This document shows, one piece after another, positions 16,345 through 25,805 of a stretch of DNA of 53,304 nt. The translations under genes were made by a program, and so were the position numbers. This DNA is from Bifidobacterium breve. Lineage in GTDB: Bacteria > Actinomycetota > Thermoleophilia > Solirubrobacterales > Solirubrobacteraceae. The notes under the pieces were generated by a model, which did not search any database, was not told the DNA's origin, and saw only the letters and a program-made list of their open reading frames with translations. Every line of letters starts with the position of its first letter. Within the stretch, counting starts at the first letter, position 1. The DNA lies in assembly GCA_945901565.1 (NCBI GenBank), contig CAMDLG010000001.1, positions 1-53,304 on the forward strand, in the 5' to 3' direction.

Positions 16345-19300
16345 CTAGCTAGCGACGCTTCGTCAGCCTCTTCACTGAGCTGCTCAGGGTCTTCGTCAGG
16401 AATGTCACCAAGTTTCGTTGGGTCGCGGTCGCTGCCAGCGATCACATCATCGGCGCGCTGGCGATCATTCGTCGGCAGCTTGCCCGACTTCATCCCAAAG
16501 TAGGTGGCGTCGGGGTGGTGGGCGACGATCGCAAGTGTTGACTGCTCCGGTTCCGGCGCAAAGCCGTCGGTCAAGGTCATCCCGATCTGGCTGAGGTCGA
16601 GCAGTTGATCTAGCTTCTCGTGCTCTGATTGGTCGGGCACGGCGGGATAGCCCCAGGAGTAGCGGCGACCTTGAGTCGCGCCGATGTCGAGATCGGCGCG
16701 GACCTGGCCGTGGACTAGCTCTGCCAGCCCTTCTGCCGTTTGAACACCGAGTCCGTGGACGAAAAGCTGCTCGGCGTACTCACTGTCTGCTTCCAGCTTC
16801 GCCATCAGCTCGGTCACTTCAGATCCCGAAGTGACGGCCTGCAGCGCAACGACGTCAAGCTCGCCGGAATCCTTTGGCCGGTAGAAGTCTGCGACACAGA
16901 TTCGATCGTGCCCTGGCTGGCGCGGACATACGAAGCGGGTGAGAACCGTCTCGCGGTCATCTGGATCGAGAACGACGATCTCGTTACCTTCGGAGTAGCA
17001 GGGGAAGTAGCCCAGTAGCGCACGCGGGCGTAGGTAATCCTGTTCAGCCCACATCCGCTCTAGGCGAGGCCTGAAATCGGTATCCAGCAGCTCGGTCCAA
17101 GCGTCACCCTTGACGCCGCGGCCTCCCCAATGGAGCTTGAAGAGGACGTGAGTGTCGAGGTGGTGGTAGAGCGCATCCATGTCAATCGGCACTTCCTGAA
17201 CTCCCCACCAAGGCGGCGTTGGCACCGGCACATCGGTGCTCGCCGCCGAGCGGACGCTGTCATCGTCGGTTGGCAGAGCCTCCGGCTCAGGGCCCTTCTC
17301 TCGCAGCGCAATCGCGTCGGCGCGTAGCTCAGCAACCAGCACTTCGCGCTGCTCGGGCTCAACCAGCGCGTCCATCTTTGCGAGCCCCTCGAAGGCGTCC
17401 TTGCAGAAGAAGACTCCCGGCTCGTAGATCTCGTCTGATTCGCGCCCACCGGGGTAGAGCGTGCGCAGACCGAAGTCCTTGTTGATCGCAGCGCCGCCGA
17501 TCAAGACTGGGTAGTCGAGCCCTTGGCTTTGGAGCTCCTGAATACAGAGCGGCATCTGCTTCGAGGTTGATACCAGCAGTGCGCTGAGGCCGATCGCGGT
17601 CGCGTCGTGTTCCTTTGCCGCTTCTAGGATCGCTTGGATCGGCACCTGCTTGCCGAGGTCGATCACGGTGTAGCCGTTGTTGGTGAGGATCGTGTTGACG
17701 AGCGACTTGCCGATGTCGTGGACGTCTCCGAAGACGGTTGCCAGAACGACCGTGCCCTTCGTATATCCCTCAATCCGGTCAAGGAAGTTCTCGAGCCGCG
17801 CAACGGCGCGCTTCATTACCTCGGCCGACTGCAGCACGAAGGGGAGGATCAGTTCACCTGCGCCGAACTTGTCGCCGACTTCCTTCATTGCCGGCAGCAG
17901 CACCTCGTTGAGCGTCGGCACGGCGCCGATCTTCTCGACCGATAGGTCGATCCAATCCTCAACGCCCTCCTTGCGGCGGCGTAGGATGTGGAAGTGGAGC
18001 GCCTCTTCTGGCTCCATCCCTTCTGTCGGGTTCGCCTTCTCGGCCTCTGCGTCCTCGCCGCTGCGCGATTCGAAGTGGTTGATGAAAAGTTCGAGCGCGT
18101 CCTCGCGGCGGTTGAAGACCAGATCATCGGCCAGGGCACGCTCTTCGTCGGAGATCTCGCCGTATGGCGTGATGTGATTGGGATTGACCATCGCGAGGTC
18201 GAGGCCGGCGTCAACGCAGTGGTGGAGGAAGACCGAGTTGAGTACGGCGCGGGCGCCGGGGGATACGCCGAACGAGACGTTCGAGACACCGAGCGAGGTC
18301 TTGACACCTGGGATCTCGGCCTTGATTCGGCGGATTCCCTCGATCGTTTCAACCGCCGATGGTCGCCACTCTTCGTCACCTGTTGTCAGCGTGAAGGTGA
18401 GTGCATCGAAGATAAGTAGCTCGGGGTCGAGACCGTGCTCGTCGCAGCAAAGCTCTTTTAGGCGCAGCGCGATCTCGACCTTGCGCTCGGCCGTCTTCGC
18501 CATCCCCACTTCATCGATCGTCAACGCGATGACAGCGGCGCCGTGCTGCACAGCCATCGGGACGACGCTGTCGAGCTTGTCGCGCCCAGCTTCAAGGTTG
18601 ATCGAGTTGACGATCGCTCGGCCGGGGATCTGGTCAAGCGCGACGGCAATCACCGACGGCTCCGTTGAGTCGATCTGCAATGGCGTTGGCTGGGTCAGCG
18701 AAACGCGCTTGGCGACTTGGCGCATCTGCTCGTCCTCATCCTCGCGCTCGGTCAGCGCGACACAGAGGTCGAGGACGTGGGCACCTCCCTCAACTTGGTC
18801 CTCGGCGATTTGGACGAGGCCGTCGTAATCGTCGGCGAGCAGCATTTCTTTTGCCTTGCGCGAGCCCTGCGAGTTGACGCGTTCACCAACGATCGTCGGT
18901 GTTGGCTCTTGAACCAGGGCGGTCGCAGTCATCATCGAGCTGACGCGCGGCGCGCGCGGGGCGGGGCGGGGCGAGACAGGTAGTCCGGCGCAGCGCTCGG
19001 CGATCGCAGCGATGTGGGCTGGCGTAGTGCCGCAGCACCCGCCAACGATGTTTACGCCATATCTCTCAACGAACTCGCCAAGAATCTCGGCCAAGGCTTC
19101 AGGAGTTTCAGGGAAGATCGTCTCGCCGTCGGGGCCTTGCAGTGGTAGCCCGGCATTTGGGACACACTGGATTGGGACCGGTGAAAACTCACCAAGGAAG
19201 CGGATCGCGTCGCGCATGTCCTCTGGCCCTGTCGAGCAGTTCAGTCCGATCGCATCGACCTTCAACGCTTCGAGCGTCGTCAGTACCGCGTCGATGTCGG

Positions 19301-19904
19301 TGCCGAGCAGCATCTTGCCGCCGTTTGGTAGCAGCGAGACCGATGTTTGGATCGGCACGCTTCGCCCAGCAGTGACAAACGCTTCGCGTGCGCCGAATAC
19401 TGCGGCTTTCACTTCGAGGATGTCCTGCGCCGTTTCAATCAGCAGCAGGTCAACGCCGCCTTCGAGCAACCCGCGTGACTGCTCTTCGAAGATTGTCACC
19501 AGTTCGCGGAAGCTGATTGCGCCGAGCGTTGGGTCGTCGGAGGAGGGGAGCTGACCGGTCGGGCCAATCGAGCCAGCGACATAGCGGTCTTCACCGACAG
19601 CGGCGCGGGCAATCTCTCCGGCGCGGCGGTTGATCTCCAGCGTGTGCTCGGCGAGGCCCCACTCTTCTAGCTTCAGGCGGCTAGCTTGGAAGGTGTCGGT
19701 CTCGACGACCTCTGCGCCGGCTTCGACCATCGAAGTGTGAACGCCCTCGATTACGTCGGGGCGGTTGAGGATCAGCGCCTCATGGCATTTACCGGCCAGG
19801 CCGCCGTAATCTTCGGAGCTTAAGTCGAACTGCTCGAGCGTTGCGCCCATGCCGCCGTCGAAGACGACGACGCGCTCGTTGATTGCCGCCAGATAGTCCC
19901 GCAT
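16341..19904 (-). CDS. metH: Cobalamin-dependent methionine synthase
   Basis: 1187 aa with all modules recognisable: the Hcy-binding domain (GLNCSTGP, GGCCGTTP), the pterin-binding domain, the B12-binding DVHDIGK motif and the C-terminal AdoMet activation domain. Confidence 0.95.
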   Translation of the reverse strand: MRDYLAAINERVVVFDGGMGATLEQFDLSSEDYGGLAGKCHEALILNRPDVIEGVHTSMVEAGAEVVETDTFQASRLKLEEWGLAEHTLEINRRAGEIARAAVGEDRYVAGSIGPTGQLPSSDDPTLGAISFRELVTIFEEQSRGLLEGGVDLLLIETAQDILEVKAAVFGAREAFVTAGRSVPIQTSVSLLPNGGKMLLGTDIDAVLTTLEALKVDAIGLNCSTGPEDMRDAIRFLGEFSPVPIQCVPNAGLPLQGPDGETIFPETPEALAEILGEFVERYGVNIVGGCCGTTPAHIAAIAERCAGLPVSPRPAPRAPRVSSMMTATALVQEPTPTIVGERVNSQGSRKAKEMLLADDYDGLVQIAEDQVEGGAHVLDLCVALTEREDEDEQMRQVAKRVSLTQPTPLQIDSTEPSVIAVALDQIPGRAIVNSINLEAGRDKLDSVVPMAVQHGAAVIALTIDEVGMAKTAERKVEIALRLKELCCDEHGLDPELLIFDALTFTLTTGDEEWRPSAVETIEGIRRIKAEIPGVKTSLGVSNVSFGVSPGARAVLNSVFLHHCVDAGLDLAMVNPNHITPYGEISDEERALADDLVFNRREDALELFINHFESRSGEDAEAEKANPTEGMEPEEALHFHILRRRKEGVEDWIDLSVEKIGAVPTLNEVLLPAMKEVGDKFGAGELILPFVLQSAEVMKRAVARLENFLDRIEGYTKGTVVLATVFGDVHDIGKSLVNTILTNNGYTVIDLGKQVPIQAILEAAKEHDATAIGLSALLVSTSKQMPLCIQELQSQGLDYPVLIGGAAINKDFGLRTLYPGGRESDEIYEPGVFFCKDAFEGLAKMDALVEPEQREVLVAELRADAIALREKGPEPEALPTDDDSVRSAASTDVPVPTPPWWGVQEVPIDMDALYHHLDTHVLFKLHWGGRGVKGDAWTELLDTDFRPRLERMWAEQDYLRPRALLGYFPCYSEGNEIVVLDPDDRETVLTRFVCPRQPGHDRICVADFYRPKDSGELDVVALQAVTSGSEVTELMAKLEADSEYAEQLFVHGLGVQTAEGLAELVHGQVRADLDIGATQGRRYSWGYPAVPDQSEHEKLDQLLDLSQIGMTLTDGFAPEPEQSTLAIVAHHPDATYFGMKSGKLPTNDRQRADDVIAGSDRDPTKLGDIPDEDPEQLSEEADEASLAS

Positions 19905-20100
19905 CGCCGGTAGATTAGCAGCAAAACAGATAACCTTGACATAAGCGTGTCAAGGTCTCGCGGCCTCCAATCGAGCCCCGCTTATCGGCCCGCAGAAGCA
20001 ATGCGTGAAGCTGCGAAGCCAAAGCTCCAGCCGGCATTAGGATCAAGGTTGCCAGGGCTACGCTGGCCTTCTCATCAGCCGCTGGGTAGTCTGCCGAGGT
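19905..20100 (-). promoter_or_regulatory. Structured 5' leader of metH: candidate riboswitch/attenuator, class undetermined
   Basis: There are three consecutive helices on the minus strand. CCAGCGGC (20078-20085) pairs with GCCGGCUGG (20027-20035) and encloses a GCCAG/CUGGC hairpin. GGCUUCGCAG (20011-20020) pairs with CUGCGGGCC (19987-19995). The third helix is a terminator-like hairpin. GGCAACC and GAUAAG strings recall SAM-I/IV cores, but I could not build a full consensus match. Confidence 0.3.
19922..19956 (-). terminator. Intrinsic-terminator-like hairpin plus U-tract about 28 nt upstream of the metH ATG (attenuator candidate)
   Basis: The minus strand reads ACCUUGACA-CGCUUA-UGUCAAGGU, a perfect 9-bp stem at 19933-19956. 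It is followed by UAUCUGUUUUG, and the element is conspicuously AT-rich for this genome. Confidence 0.45.
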
Positions 20101-20131
20101 GTAACCCATTCAAGCCGGAGGCTGGGATCTT

Positions 20132-20776
20132 ATGAGTACAGGTGGTGTTGCTTTCGTTTCGACGCGATGGGTTCAACCCGATCATGAGCCGCAGTATCTG
20201 CAGTGGAGCGAGAAGGTCGGCGCGCAACTGTCGCGTACCCCGGGATTCCTAGCCCATGAACAGCTCCCCGCAGTGCAAGGTCAGCAGGATTTCTGGACCC
20301 AGATCGTCAAGTTCAACAGCAAAGAGGCATCCGAGGATTGGGCACACTCTTCGCAGCTCGCTGAACTGCTCGCCGAAGTTGAGCCATACACGCGGGATTC
20401 AGAACTTTCGTCGGTCCGAATCGGCCAGCAGGACTGGCTTAATTTCGGTTTGAGCACCAAGCCCGGACCGGGTGCACCGACAAAGTGGAAGCAGCTGATC
20501 ACGGGGATCATGGCTCTCTACCCGACCGTGATTATCGCCCACGAGATTCTGGCTCAGTTGGTGACGGTGCCTTTCGCGCTGTCGACACTGATGACCAACG
20601 CGATCGCGATGTCGCTGGTGATGCTCATCTGGCTGCCGCAACTCTCGAAGCTGCTTGGAGGATGGCTGCTGCCGATCAAGCCGCTTCCGCCCGCCACAAC
20701 GATCGGAGTGGCGGCGGCGATTTTGGGAATAATCGGCGGCTGTCTCTTGATCTTCCTTCAACTATTTGCGAACTAG
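20132..20776 (+). CDS. ABM (antibiotic biosynthesis monooxygenase-like) domain protein with a C-terminal 3-TM region (COG3224-like)
   Basis: 214 aa. The N-terminal ~100-aa ferredoxin-like ABM pattern is followed by KWKQLITGIMALYPTVI and three hydrophobic helices. Confidence 0.5.
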   Translation: MSTGGVAFVSTRWVQPDHEPQYLQWSEKVGAQLSRTPGFLAHEQLPAVQGQQDFWTQIVKFNSKEASEDWAHSSQLAELLAEVEPYTRDSELSSVRIGQQDWLNFGLSTKPGPGAPTKWKQLITGIMALYPTVIIAHEILAQLVTVPFALSTLMTNAIAMSLVMLIWLPQLSKLLGGWLLPIKPLPPATTIGVAAAILGIIGGCLLIFLQLFAN

Positions 20777-20811
20777 CCTTAGCCGCGCAAACAAACATAA
20801 AAGCCTAATCG

Positions 20812-22962
20812 CTACTTGATGAAGAGCATCTCCGAGTACTTCGGCAGCGGCCATAGATCATCAGCGACGAGGCCTTCCAATTTGTCGGCAGTCTCGCGCG
20901 TCTTATCCATCGCTGGGATCACCTTGTCGCGCATGTATTCGGCCTCCTTCATGCCGTCAGCGGCAGGGTGGCTGGAGTTGGCTTTTTCGAGCACCTTGAG
21001 TCGCTTGATCAGCTCGTCGGTCGAGCTCTTCAGCTCGCCCGCAAGCAGCGTTACTCCGGCTTCCTTGCATTCCGCCAGATAACGGACTGCCGCCGGCAGG
21101 ATCATCGTCCGTGCCATAGATGCCGCTGTCTCAGCCTCGATGTTCAGTTTCGTCGAGTACTGCTCGACAGCCACCTCAAAGCGCGCTTCAAGCTCGCGTT
21201 CGTTGAGCACGTCGTACTGCTCAAAGACCTTGATCGTCGATTGCGCGACGATCCACGGCAGCGCGTCAGGAGTCGTCCGCAGGTTCGCTAGCCCGCGCTT
21301 CGCTGCTTCCTTCTGCCATGCGTCGGCGTAGCCGTCGCCGTCAAAGACGATCCGCTTGTGGGCCTTCCAGTTCTTCTTGATCGTGTCGAGGATCGCGTCG
21401 GGGCGCTTCTTGCCCTTCTTTTTGGCGGCCTCAACCTCGTCGACCATCATGTCGATCGATTCGGCGACGATCGTGTTCAGCGCAGTGTTGACGAAGCCAA
21501 GCGACATGCTCGATCCAAGCGCACGGAATTCAAACTTGTTGCCGGTGAAGGCAAACGGCGAGGTGCGGTTTCGGTCGCCGCCGTGGAGCGGAAGCGGTGG
21601 CAGCACCGGTGTTCCCAGACCAAGGAAGTTGCCAGCGGCGCTGTCGGCAGCCTTGCCCGAGGCGACTGCGTTGAATGCCCTCTCTAGCTCCCGACCGAGG
21701 AAGATTGAGATGATCGCTGGCGGCGCCTCGTTTGCGCCGAGGCGGTGATCCTGGCCGACGTTGGCGACGCTTGCTCGCAGCAGCTCCTGATGGCGGTCAA
21801 CTGCCGCAATGACGGCGACGCAGAAGAAGAGGAACTGAATGTTCTCGGCCGGTGTGTCGCCGGGCTCGAGCAGGTTCTGGCCGCTGTCGGTCCCCATCGA
21901 CCAGTTGTTGTGCTTGCCGGAGCCGTTGACGCCGGCAAATGGCTTCTCGTGCATCAAGCAGACGAGGCCGTAGCGACGAGCGACATTCTCCAGCACCTGC
22001 ATCGTTAGCTGCTGGTGGTCGGAACCGACGTTGGAGTTCTCAAAGATCGGCGCCAATTCGTACTGCGATGGCGCAACCTCGTTGTGACGCGTCTTGACTG
22101 GCACGCCGAGCCGCTGAAGCTCGCGCTCCGTCTCAAGCATGCAGGCCAGCACGCGCTCTGGAATCGTTCCGAAGTAATGCTCGTCCAGCTCGTGCCCCTT
22201 CGGTGGCTTCGCGCCGAAGAGTGTGCGGCCGGTCGTGTAAAGGTCGGGCCGCTCGTAGAAGTACTGCTCGTCGATCAGGAAGTACTCCTGCTCCGGCCCG
22301 ACAGTCGTAAAGACGCGACCGGCGACCTTGTCGCCAAAAAGCTTCAGGGCACGAAGGGCAACGCTGGAGAGCGAATCCATCGAGCGCAGCAGCGGCGTCT
22401 TGTGGTCCAGCGCCTCGCCCGTCCACGAGACAAAGGCGGTCGGGATGCAGAGCACCGAACCGTTTGGGTTCTCAAGTATGAAGGCCGGTGATGTCGGGTC
22501 CCAGGCCGTGTAGCCGCGGGCCTCAAAGGTTGCCCGGATGCCGCCGGTAGGGAATGAAGAGGCGTCTGGCTCGCCTTGGATCAGTTCCTTGCCGGAGAAG
22601 TTGGCCAACGCGGTTCCGTCGCCAACAGGCTCAAAGAAGGAGTCATGCTTCTCGGCCGTCATGTTCGTCAGAGGCTGGAACCAGTGCGTGAAATGGGTCG
22701 CACCATGTTCCATCGCCCAGGTACGCATCGCATCGGCGATCGAGTCGGCGAGCGCCGCATCGAGCGGCGCCCCGTCGGCGAGCGTCTTCTGCAGTTTGTT
22801 GAAGACGGCCTTCGGTAGGCGCTCCTTCTGGGCCGCGAGGCTGAAGACGTTTTCGCCATAGATCGCGGCTGCTGACTCGGTGATGTCCGGGTGGCCACTG
22901 CCGGCGCCATTGGCGGCCCACTGGGCTGCGGTCACATTCTGCTGCCGTGTCTTCGATGCCAT
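20812..22962 (-). CDS. glnN: Glutamine synthetase type III
   Basis: 716 aa, which is GSIII length. The N-terminal IYGENVFS...LPKAVFNKL region, the catalytic core [12 protein letters not shown], and [18 protein letters not shown] are all present. Confidence 0.9.
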   Translation of the reverse strand: MASKTRQQNVTAAQWAANGAGSGHPDITESAAAIYGENVFSLAAQKERLPKAVFNKLQKTLADGAPLDAALADSIADAMRTWAMEHGATHFTHWFQPLTNMTAEKHDSFFEPVGDGTALANFSGKELIQGEPDASSFPTGGIRATFEARGYTAWDPTSPAFILENPNGSVLCIPTAFVSWTGEALDHKTPLLRSMDSLSSVALRALKLFGDKVAGRVFTTVGPEQEYFLIDEQYFYERPDLYTTGRTLFGAKPPKGHELDEHYFGTIPERVLACMLETERELQRLGVPVKTRHNEVAPSQYELAPIFENSNVGSDHQQLTMQVLENVARRYGLVCLMHEKPFAGVNGSGKHNNWSMGTDSGQNLLEPGDTPAENIQFLFFCVAVIAAVDRHQELLRASVANVGQDHRLGANEAPPAIISIFLGRELERAFNAVASGKAADSAAGNFLGLGTPVLPPLPLHGGDRNRTSPFAFTGNKFEFRALGSSMSLGFVNTALNTIVAESIDMMVDEVEAAKKKGKKRPDAILDTIKKNWKAHKRIVFDGDGYADAWQKEAAKRGLANLRTTPDALPWIVAQSTIKVFEQYDVLNERELEARFEVAVEQYSTKLNIEAETAASMARTMILPAAVRYLAECKEAGVTLLAGELKSSTDELIKRLKVLEKANSSHPAADGMKEAEYMRDKVIPAMDKTRETADKLEGLVADDLWPLPKYSEMLFIK

Positions 22963-23198
22963 CTGTTGTCTCCCGGCTGGTTGATTGTCGGACTACCTGC
23001 TCGTGCCGTTCAAGGCTAGAGCTCGCGCGCGTCCTTCACGTTATCCCGATGTCTAATCAAATGGTCGTGCGGTGCTCCCTGATGTACCAGAGGGTTTATC
23101 CAGATTGGAGACGACCTCGCCGCGATCTTTCTACCAGCGGCTAATGAACTTGCAGCAGCGCTGAGCGAAGCTTGTCGCCAATTCAATCTGGAGGTCCG

Positions 23199-24629
23199 AT
23201 GAAGCGCTCCGCACCGATCATCACCGCAATCGTCAGCTGCTCGATGCTGCTCATCGCTCCAACCGTGGCGTCGGCCGATGTTTTCGACGCCGTCGGGGTC
23301 CCTGACACAGTCGGCATCAATTCGATGTGGGTTTTCGTGGCCGCGTGTCTCGTTCTCTTCATGCAGGCTGGTTTCGCGCTCCTCGAGATCGGCTTCTCGC
23401 GCGGCAAAAATGCCGGCACGATCGTCGCAAAGATCCTCACCAACTTCTCGATTGCCGCGATTCTTTACTGGGCGGTCGGCTTTGCATTCGCCTTCGGCGG
23501 CGCTAGCGGCAAGATCATCGGAACCGAAGGCTTCTTCCTCCGCGACTACGGCGATCCGTTGACGGCATTCCCAGTGATGGGATTCTCCGACGCGACGATT
23601 GAATCGAAGTGGTTCTTCCAATTTGTCTTCTGCGCCGTCTCGCTGGCAATCGTTTGGGGCACGACGCTGGAGCGGATCAAGTTCGGTGTCTACGTGATCT
23701 TCGCTGTGATCTTCGCTGGCCTGATCTATCCAATCGCCTCAGGTTGGGTATTTGGTGGTGGCTGGTTGCAGGCCAACCTTGGAATGCAGGACTTCGCTGG
23801 CTCAACGGCCGTGCATCTAGTCGGCGCAACCGCAGGCTTGGCGGTTCTGCTGCTTCTTGGCGCTCGGAAAGGCAAGTACGACGCCGAGGGTCGCCCACGA
23901 GCAATTCCAGGCCACAACATGCCGCTCTTCGGGCTCGGCGTGATCATTCTGCTGCTTGGCTGGTTTGGCTTCAACCCCGGCTCAACGCTCGGCGCGATGG
24001 ACGGTCGCTTCACCGAGGTAGCGCTAGTTACGTTGCTCGCGGCTGGCGCGGGAACAATCGGTGCGCTGCTAGTTAGTTGGCTCAAGACGAGGACGATCGA
24101 TATCGGTATGGCTGGCAACGGAATGATCGGCGCGCTGGTCGCGATTACGGCTCCTTCGGGCTACGTGGCGCCTTGGGCCGGCGTTGTCATTGGCTTGGTT
24201 GCAGGCTTCATCGTCCCGCTCGGCGTTTATGCGATCGACAAGCGCCTCGACGATCCTGTGGGCGCGCTGACGGCCCATGGAATCTGCGGCGTCTGGGGGA
24301 CTCTCTCCTGCGGGCTCTTCACCTTGCCGGTGCTCGCTGAGTACAACGCCGTCGGTGAGGGAGGGCTTCTCTACACAGGCTCGTTCGGGCAGCTCGGTGA
24401 CCAGGCGATCGGTGTTGTGGTCGTCTTCGCCTTCGTCTTCATCACCAGCTATGTCACCTTCTTGGCGATCAAGAAGACCTACGGGCTGCGAGTGACAGAG
24501 GCCGAGGAGGACGCCGGGCTCGACATCTCCGAGCACGGCATGTATGGCTATCCAGAGCAGTTCATCCCAGCGCCGGAACTAGTCGGTTACGGTGCAGCAC
24601 CCCAGCTCGGTTCTCCGGGCCTATCCTGA
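23199..24629 (+). CDS. amt: Ammonium transporter (Amt family)
   Basis: MQAGFALLE, FAGSTAVH, GWFGFNPGS and HGICGVWG motifs are present. The ATG at 23199 is preceded by GGAGG (23190-23194). The ORF-track TTG at 23172 is less likely. Confidence 0.9.
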   Translation: MKRSAPIITAIVSCSMLLIAPTVASADVFDAVGVPDTVGINSMWVFVAACLVLFMQAGFALLEIGFSRGKNAGTIVAKILTNFSIAAILYWAVGFAFAFGGASGKIIGTEGFFLRDYGDPLTAFPVMGFSDATIESKWFFQFVFCAVSLAIVWGTTLERIKFGVYVIFAVIFAGLIYPIASGWVFGGGWLQANLGMQDFAGSTAVHLVGATAGLAVLLLLGARKGKYDAEGRPRAIPGHNMPLFGLGVIILLLGWFGFNPGSTLGAMDGRFTEVALVTLLAAGAGTIGALLVSWLKTRTIDIGMAGNGMIGALVAITAPSGYVAPWAGVVIGLVAGFIVPLGVYAIDKRLDDPVGALTAHGICGVWGTLSCGLFTLPVLAEYNAVGEGGLLYTGSFGQLGDQAIGVVVVFAFVFITSYVTFLAIKKTYGLRVTEAEEDAGLDISEHGMYGYPEQFIPAPELVGYGAAPQLGSPGLS

Positions 24630-24654
24630 TAAGCAGCTAAAAGGAGATTTCGCC

Positions 24655-25029
24655 ATGAAGAAGATTGAAGCGATCATCCGCCACGAGGCCTTCGAGCCGA
24701 TCCGGCTGGAGCTATTGGAGATGGGGTTCCCATCGATGACCGTCCTAGAGGTAAAAGGGTCGGGCCGTCAGAAGGGGATAGTTGAGACTTACCGTGGGGC
24801 CGAGCTGACCAACTACCTGCGGCCTAAAGTGCAGATCAACTGCGTTGTTTCAGACGCCGACGTTGAAGCCGTCGTCGAGACGGTCCTCAAGCACGGCCGT
24901 ACCGGCGCAGTTGGTGACGGGAAGGTATTTGTGATGCCGGTGGATAACGCTTACCGAGTTCGCACCGGTGAATCCGGGGAAGATGTACTGCAGGCCCACC
25001 CCGACGCCACCGACGCTACAAGCGGCTAG
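24655..25029 (+). CDS. glnK: P-II nitrogen regulatory protein (GlnK/GlnB family)
   Basis: MKKIEAIIRHEAF...VKGSGRQKG...YRGAE...GDGKVFV. AAGGAG lies 8 nt upstream of the ATG at 24655. The ORF-track start at 24592 lies inside amt. Confidence 0.9.
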   Translation: MKKIEAIIRHEAFEPIRLELLEMGFPSMTVLEVKGSGRQKGIVETYRGAELTNYLRPKVQINCVVSDADVEAVVETVLKHGRTGAVGDGKVFVMPVDNAYRVRTGESGEDVLQAHPDATDATSG

Positions 25030-25047
25030 CGCGCTCGGCTCGGGGAG

Positions 25048-25617
25048 TTACTGGCCGCTCTCGACCACTTCGCCTGTAGCCGGATCAACGACGGCATTGC
25101 GAGGTCGACGCGTGACGTTGACGCTGATTGAGCCGGCTGGGACGGTTCCACTGGCTGTCACGGCGCGCGCCTTGCCGTTGAGGCCAGCGCCAGCGCGGTA
25201 GTCGAGAGTGAAATCGCCGGCCTTGGTTGAACTGAGCGACCAGATGAAGGTTCGTTCATCGCCTGGATCGAGCGAACCGAGCGCCCAAGTGTTGACGTAG
25301 GCGGTTGTTCCGTTCAGCGGCTGCGCGTTAATGATCCAGAGCGGACGCAGCGGATCAGCGTTCCCTGGCTCGGTGCTGCGGTAGTTGAGCCCATCAACGG
25401 TCATCGTGATGTTGGGAACCGTCTGTGTTCCAACGTTTTGAACCGTTATCGCGAGCTTCGATGTCTCACCGAGCCCCTGTTTGCGGGGGAATGAGGCATC
25501 TGAGATCTGAACCTCGTAATCGCCGGAGGGCTCGTTCGCGTCCTGCTGAGGCCCCGACCCACAGCCAGCTAGAAGGGCCGTCGAAATCGCCACGAGAGGC
25601 AACCATTTAGCTGCCAT
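25048..25617 (-). CDS. Lipoprotein of unknown function (predicted beta-sandwich)
   Basis: MAAKWLPLVAISTALLAGCGSG has a lipobox LAGC. 189 aa. The ORF-track N-terminal extension to 25920 is Arg/Ser-rich and overlaps the yrbEA start region, so I rejected it. Confidence 0.6.
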   Translation of the reverse strand: MAAKWLPLVAISTALLAGCGSGPQQDANEPSGDYEVQISDASFPRKQGLGETSKLAITVQNVGTQTVPNITMTVDGLNYRSTEPGNADPLRPLWIINAQPLNGTTAYVNTWALGSLDPGDERTFIWSLSSTKAGDFTLDYRAGAGLNGKARAVTASGTVPAGSISVNVTRRPRNAVVDPATGEVVESGQ

Positions 25618-25723
25618 TTTCGCCTTGGTAGAGCGGCTCACAGTTGGCGACGCTAGCACAGGGAGGGGCGCTTGCCGAAGCCCTTCTTCGCGCCGAGTTG
25701 GTGATTTGCTCCCGTTCCTGTTT

Positions 25724-25771
25724 GCGACTTCCCCGTTGCCTGCCGTAAGATTCAGATATCGCGGAAGTCGC
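25724..25771 (+). promoter_or_regulatory. 9-bp perfect inverted repeat upstream of the mce array (candidate operator or leader hairpin)
   Basis: GCGACTTCC (25724-25732) and GGAAGTCGC (25763-25771) are exact reverse complements separated by 30 nt. The repeat ends 35 nt upstream of the yrbEA ATG. Confidence 0.3.
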
Positions 25772-25805
25772 GCGGTTTTCGCAGCGCTAAATGAGAGGAG
25801 AGCTG

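Noticed and set aside
20071-20078. The exact hammerhead-ribozyme core string CUGAUGAG on the minus strand of the metH leader, immediately followed by a stem-loop, as in hammerhead stem II.
   Set aside because: The obligatory GAAA after stem II is absent (the sequence continues GAUCC), and no suitable stem I/III or cleavage-site triplet could be built. I treat it as coincidence within the leader structure.
19905-20131. Assigning the metH leader to the cobalamin, SAH or T-box riboswitch classes.
   Set aside because: There is no B12-box or GCCACUG element, no GAGGAGCG...AGGCUCGG...CAACGGCGCUCA of SAH riboswitches, and no T-box AGAGA or GGUGGUACCGCG motif. B12 repression of a B12-dependent enzyme would also be illogical. 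The class is left open.
22963-23198. GlnR (gTnAc-n6-GaAAc), NtcA (GTA-n8-TAC) or TnrA (TGTNA-n7-TNACA) boxes in the glnN/amt divergent region.
   Set aside because: Only partial matches are present (for example GTTAT-n6-GTCTA). None satisfied both half-sites, so no site is called.
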